A DNA stretch of 59,097 nucleotides, the filler included. It is 3 parts of 3 records of this genome, joined end to end, with 100 filler letters (N's around TTAATTAATTAA, not from the genome) between each part and the next. Parts side by side here need not be neighbours in the genome. Positions count along the whole stretch, not along the records: positions 42,029 to 59,097 come from DRR723986_4168; 2 more parts are not named here. One strand, given 5' to 3'. Shown piece after piece: positions 56,130-59,097 of the stretch. The position numbers and the translations under genes are program-made. The notes below the pieces were generated by a model. The model made no database searches, was not told where the DNA came from, and was given only the letters and a program-made list of their open reading frames with translations. How positions within the stretch are numbered: position 1 is the stretch's first letter; each line of letters begins with the position of its first letter.

Positions 56130-58136
56130 TCACATTTCAGGCACATGCCCAAAACGGCGCACCACAGCTATCAGCAGCGCAATCGCAATCGGCAGCATCA
56201 GCCACCAGGGCGCGCCCAGTGCAACGGGGATAAGACACACAAACAGTGCGACTCCTCCCACTAATAATGCATACGGCATCTGTGTGCGCACATGTTCGAT
56301 GTGATCACAGCCGGCCGCCATGGATGATAATATAGTTGTGTCCGACACCGGTGAGCAGTGATCTCCCCACACAGCGCCGGCCAGAACCGCCGCCGCCGCC
56401 ATCGGGAATATCACACTGTCAACCCCTACCATCGCTCCGGCCAGCGGCACCACGATTGGAATCAGAATCGACATCACACTCCAGCTGGATCCCGTCGCAA
56501 AAGCCGTCGCAGCCGCCATTACAAATACAAGTGCCGGCAGCAGGAAAGGCGGCAGCCAGTCCCCAATGCCCGCCGTAATCACTGCGGCCGTGCCCAGGTC
56601 ACTATTGACTGCCGCGAGCGCCCAGGCCAGCACCAGGACGAGCATAGCCAGCAGCATTGAACGCGCGCCCGCAAACCAGGCACGCACGCTGTCTTCCACC
56701 GACATCAGGCGCTGCGTCAGCCCCAGCACAGCGGCGGTCAGCACCGCCAGCAGCGAAGCCCAGATGATGGCTTTATATGAATCGGCATTGCCAATAATTT
56801 CGCGGACTGAGAGTGCAGTCTCCCCCGCCGCACCAGAACCAAAAATGTCGCGCGCCAGGTCTCCGCCACCCGTCACAAACAGGCCAATCAGAGTTCCGCC
56901 AATCAATACAACAATTGGAATCACGGCATTTAATGCGCGCTGCGGTTTGCCATCGGCGGGACGCAGCTCATCTTCTTCCAGCTCCGCAGCGGCGTCGGTG
57001 CCGGCGGCAGCCGACATATTTTCTACAGACTGAGATCCTTGCGGCATTGGAATGTGCTGCGCCACGCGTTTGCGCGCTGCACGCTCCGTGGCTAACATCG
57101 GCCCGAAGTCGCGCCCCAGCAGCGAAATCACAAAAACAAAAACGATCGCCAGAATCGGATAAAAGCTATACGGCAGCATCGTCAGGAAAAACGCATATGC
57201 TCCATCATGTACCAGCCCGGCAGTATTCAGCGCTTCATCCAGCAGCCCCACCTGAAATCCAATCCAGGTAGTTATCAGTGCCAAACAGGAAATCGGCGCC
57301 GCCGTGGAATCCACCAGATAAGCCAGCTTGGCACGCGAAATCCCCAGCCGGTCAGCCACAGGCCGCATCGCGCCACCTACGACCAGCGTGTTCGCATAGT
57401 CGTCAAAAAATATCGCCATCCCCAGAAGTCCCGTCGCCGCCTGCCCATGCCGCGCACTCGTGGCGCGTGGTGCTATCCAGTTAACAATTCCGCGCGTGCC
57501 GCCATTGCGACTTATCAGGCCAACCAGCCCGCCAATCATCAGCGAAAAAATAATGATCGACATATGTGAAGCATCACCGTCGGGCGGCACAAGCGCCTGC
57601 AGAATATATACATCCAGCGTTGTTAGCAGCGCAGTCCACAGGCCGGAAATCGTCATGCCGCCCACAATCCAGGCGCCGCACATTACCCCCAGTAACAAAG
57701 CCACGACGACTTGCCGCAGCCACAGAGCCAGCCCAATCGCCATGAGCGCGGGCAGCAGCGTCACCCAAGGTGGAATCACATGCACCGTCGCCTGCACACT
57801 TGCGGATGCAGAACTCGCCGTTCCAACTTCACGTGCTTCAAGTTCCAGACTTTGCCATTCAGGCATAACAGTGCTGTACCTGGCGGCACCGTCGCTTGGT
57901 CGTAGCCTGACAGCTGTGGCAGCAATGTCCAGCTCTACAAGCGCGGCATCACTTGTGATGTTAACGTGCAGACTATCGCCCACCAGCACCAGGCGCGGCA
58001 CATCGATTTTTAATTCGGCCCGGCTGCTTGCAGAGATCGTCAAAAGCAGAAGCAGAGATGTTAAAATTATGCGAAGGTGTAGCAATCCCACGATGGCAAT
58101 TTCCTCAAAAACACGGCCCAGAATCTGGCGAATCAA
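56130..58136 (-). CDS. Na+/H+ antiporter NhaC family protein with an N-terminal extracytoplasmic domain
   Basis: IFFDDYANTL, KLAYLVDSTAAP, FATGSSW, GDHCSPVSDTTILSS and HVRTQMPYA motifs. The start codon is uncertain. Confidence 0.9.
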   Translation of the reverse strand: MIRQILGRVFEEIAIVGLLHLRIILTSLLLLLTISASSRAELKIDVPRLVLVGDSLHVNITSDAALVELDIAATAVRLRPSDGAARYSTVMPEWQSLELEAREVGTASSASASVQATVHVIPPWVTLLPALMAIGLALWLRQVVVALLLGVMCGAWIVGGMTISGLWTALLTTLDVYILQALVPPDGDASHMSIIIFSLMIGGLVGLISRNGGTRGIVNWIAPRATSARHGQAATGLLGMAIFFDDYANTLVVGGAMRPVADRLGISRAKLAYLVDSTAAPISCLALITTWIGFQVGLLDEALNTAGLVHDGAYAFFLTMLPYSFYPILAIVFVFVISLLGRDFGPMLATERAARKRVAQHIPMPQGSQSVENMSAAAGTDAAAELEEDELRPADGKPQRALNAVIPIVVLIGGTLIGLFVTGGGDLARDIFGSGAAGETALSVREIIGNADSYKAIIWASLLAVLTAAVLGLTQRLMSVEDSVRAWFAGARSMLLAMLVLVLAWALAAVNSDLGTAAVITAGIGDWLPPFLLPALVFVMAAATAFATGSSWSVMSILIPIVVPLAGAMVGVDSVIFPMAAAAVLAGAVWGDHCSPVSDTTILSSMAAGCDHIEHVRTQMPYALLVGGVALFVCLIPVALGAPWWLMLPIAIALLIAVVRRFGHVPEM

Positions 58137-58298
58137 TAAAAATTGACGGGCATATTAAGATTTTCTGAACAATTCAGCGAATCTTGCGTTGCACTCGAAA
58201 TGATCCGGGCCTTGCACTCAAAATAATCGCTCCGGTTCAGGCATTCGGCGGAGACGCAAACAGCGGCTCACACTTGTGAATATTCAGGGAGAGAAATC

Positions 58299-58505
58299 AT
58301 GTTTGACTTAATCGGGGGTTTGCTGTCACTAATTTTTGGCACCATAGTTCTGTTTCTTGGCGTCATTCCGTTTTTCGTCATCTACAAACGTCTGGGCTAT
58401 AGTCCCTGGCTGGCGCTACTATGGTTGATTCCGCCCGCCGGTTTAATCATGACCTATATTGTGGCTTTCAGCCGCCGCGAAGTTGATGAGGAAGATGTTT
58501 TTTAG
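58299..58505 (+). CDS. Small hypothetical membrane protein
   Basis: GGGAGAG RBS and an I.KR.G.SPW..LL..IP....I...VAF pattern. Confidence 0.7.
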   Translation: MFDLIGGLLSLIFGTIVLFLGVIPFFVIYKRLGYSPWLALLWLIPPAGLIMTYIVAFSRREVDEEDVF

Positions 58506-59097
58506 GGCCTTAAACATTCCATCTCAGACTCCGTGACGCGATAATGTTAAAATTGCGGGAGAATCATACCCGGTTCTTCCGCTCTGTCATTTCTGCCCCA
58601 TTTTTTGTGTATTTGCTGCTTTTTTGGAAGAGCACTTCGCCTTTAGCTGCGTCCTACGGTCTTGCTAAGCGGCTTGTTTGTTTCTTTTTGTTAGTCACCG
58701 GGACTTCAGCTCTCATCCCCTGCTGCACAAGTCTTTTTGTTAAGTAGCGTCGCGTGCCAATTATTAGATCCACTCCGCAAATATTTCAGAATATATTGAG
58801 TCCGGCAGACTAAACAATCTCAGCTGTTAAACAACTTGAGTCTTCCATCTCAGCGACAAACAAGAAGCTCATAAAAGCTATGCCCCGAAGCATGAGGTAG
58901 GCATAAAGCGCTCAAGACCCGCGTTGGAAGAGGTAGATGCTGCGTGAACTGCCTGCGTTTGTCCAAGCTGTTGAGACCGTACGGAAAACGCCTGTGCTAG
59001 CTGGATCGGAGTAGAAAATAACGTTTGGGGATTGTGAAATTGTGTGATAAGAAGCGATTGGACGCACCTTTGCGTGATCAAGGGGACCTCCCACGCC

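Noticed and set aside
58506-59097. Short ORFs or a possible ncRNA at the window end
   Set aside because: No convincing coding signal, family motif or recognisable RNA structure.

Overview
The window is not one locus. It is three unrelated contigs joined by two artificial 100-nt linkers (N44-TTAATTAATTAA-N44 at 27522-27621 and 41929-42028). Segment 1 (1-27521) is GC-rich Alphaproteobacteria, inferred to be Hyphomonadaceae-like. It is mostly core genes: murA-DUF2948-hisD-UPF0262-infA-maf, an ECF sigma module, pmbA-cysQ/DUF4170-ABC exporter, the F0 ATP synthase operon, smc, two DsbA-family genes, dciA and mutY. A small accessory islet is bracketed by a decayed second copy of the maf 3' end, and an array of DnaA-box-like sites lies inside hisD. 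Segment 2 (27622-41928) is inferred Betaproteobacteria, possibly Limnobacter-like. It is a surface-polysaccharide region (gmd, wecA-like, group-4-capsule gfcA-gfcB-gfcCD, wzb, wzc). It is split by an opposite-strand block carrying an orphan HTH-nucleotidyltransferase, an XRE gene plus a catalytically dead HipA homologue, an intact hipBA with three operators phased exactly 49 bp apart, and a choice-of-anchor-U/GlyGly-CTERM surface protein. Segment 3 (42029-59097) is inferred FCB-group, Kapabacteria-like. It has three large T9SS-sorted proteins (two tandem VWA-Ig-repeat paralogues and one PKD protein), an FRG-domain protein, a degenerate zinc-peptidase-like protein, an SSS symporter with a small partner, and an NhaC-family transporter. 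The best candidate for an undescribed system is the MNT / XRE-HipA pseudokinase / HipBA cluster at 28354-31772. All family and taxon calls come from motif recognition by eye, not from database searches.
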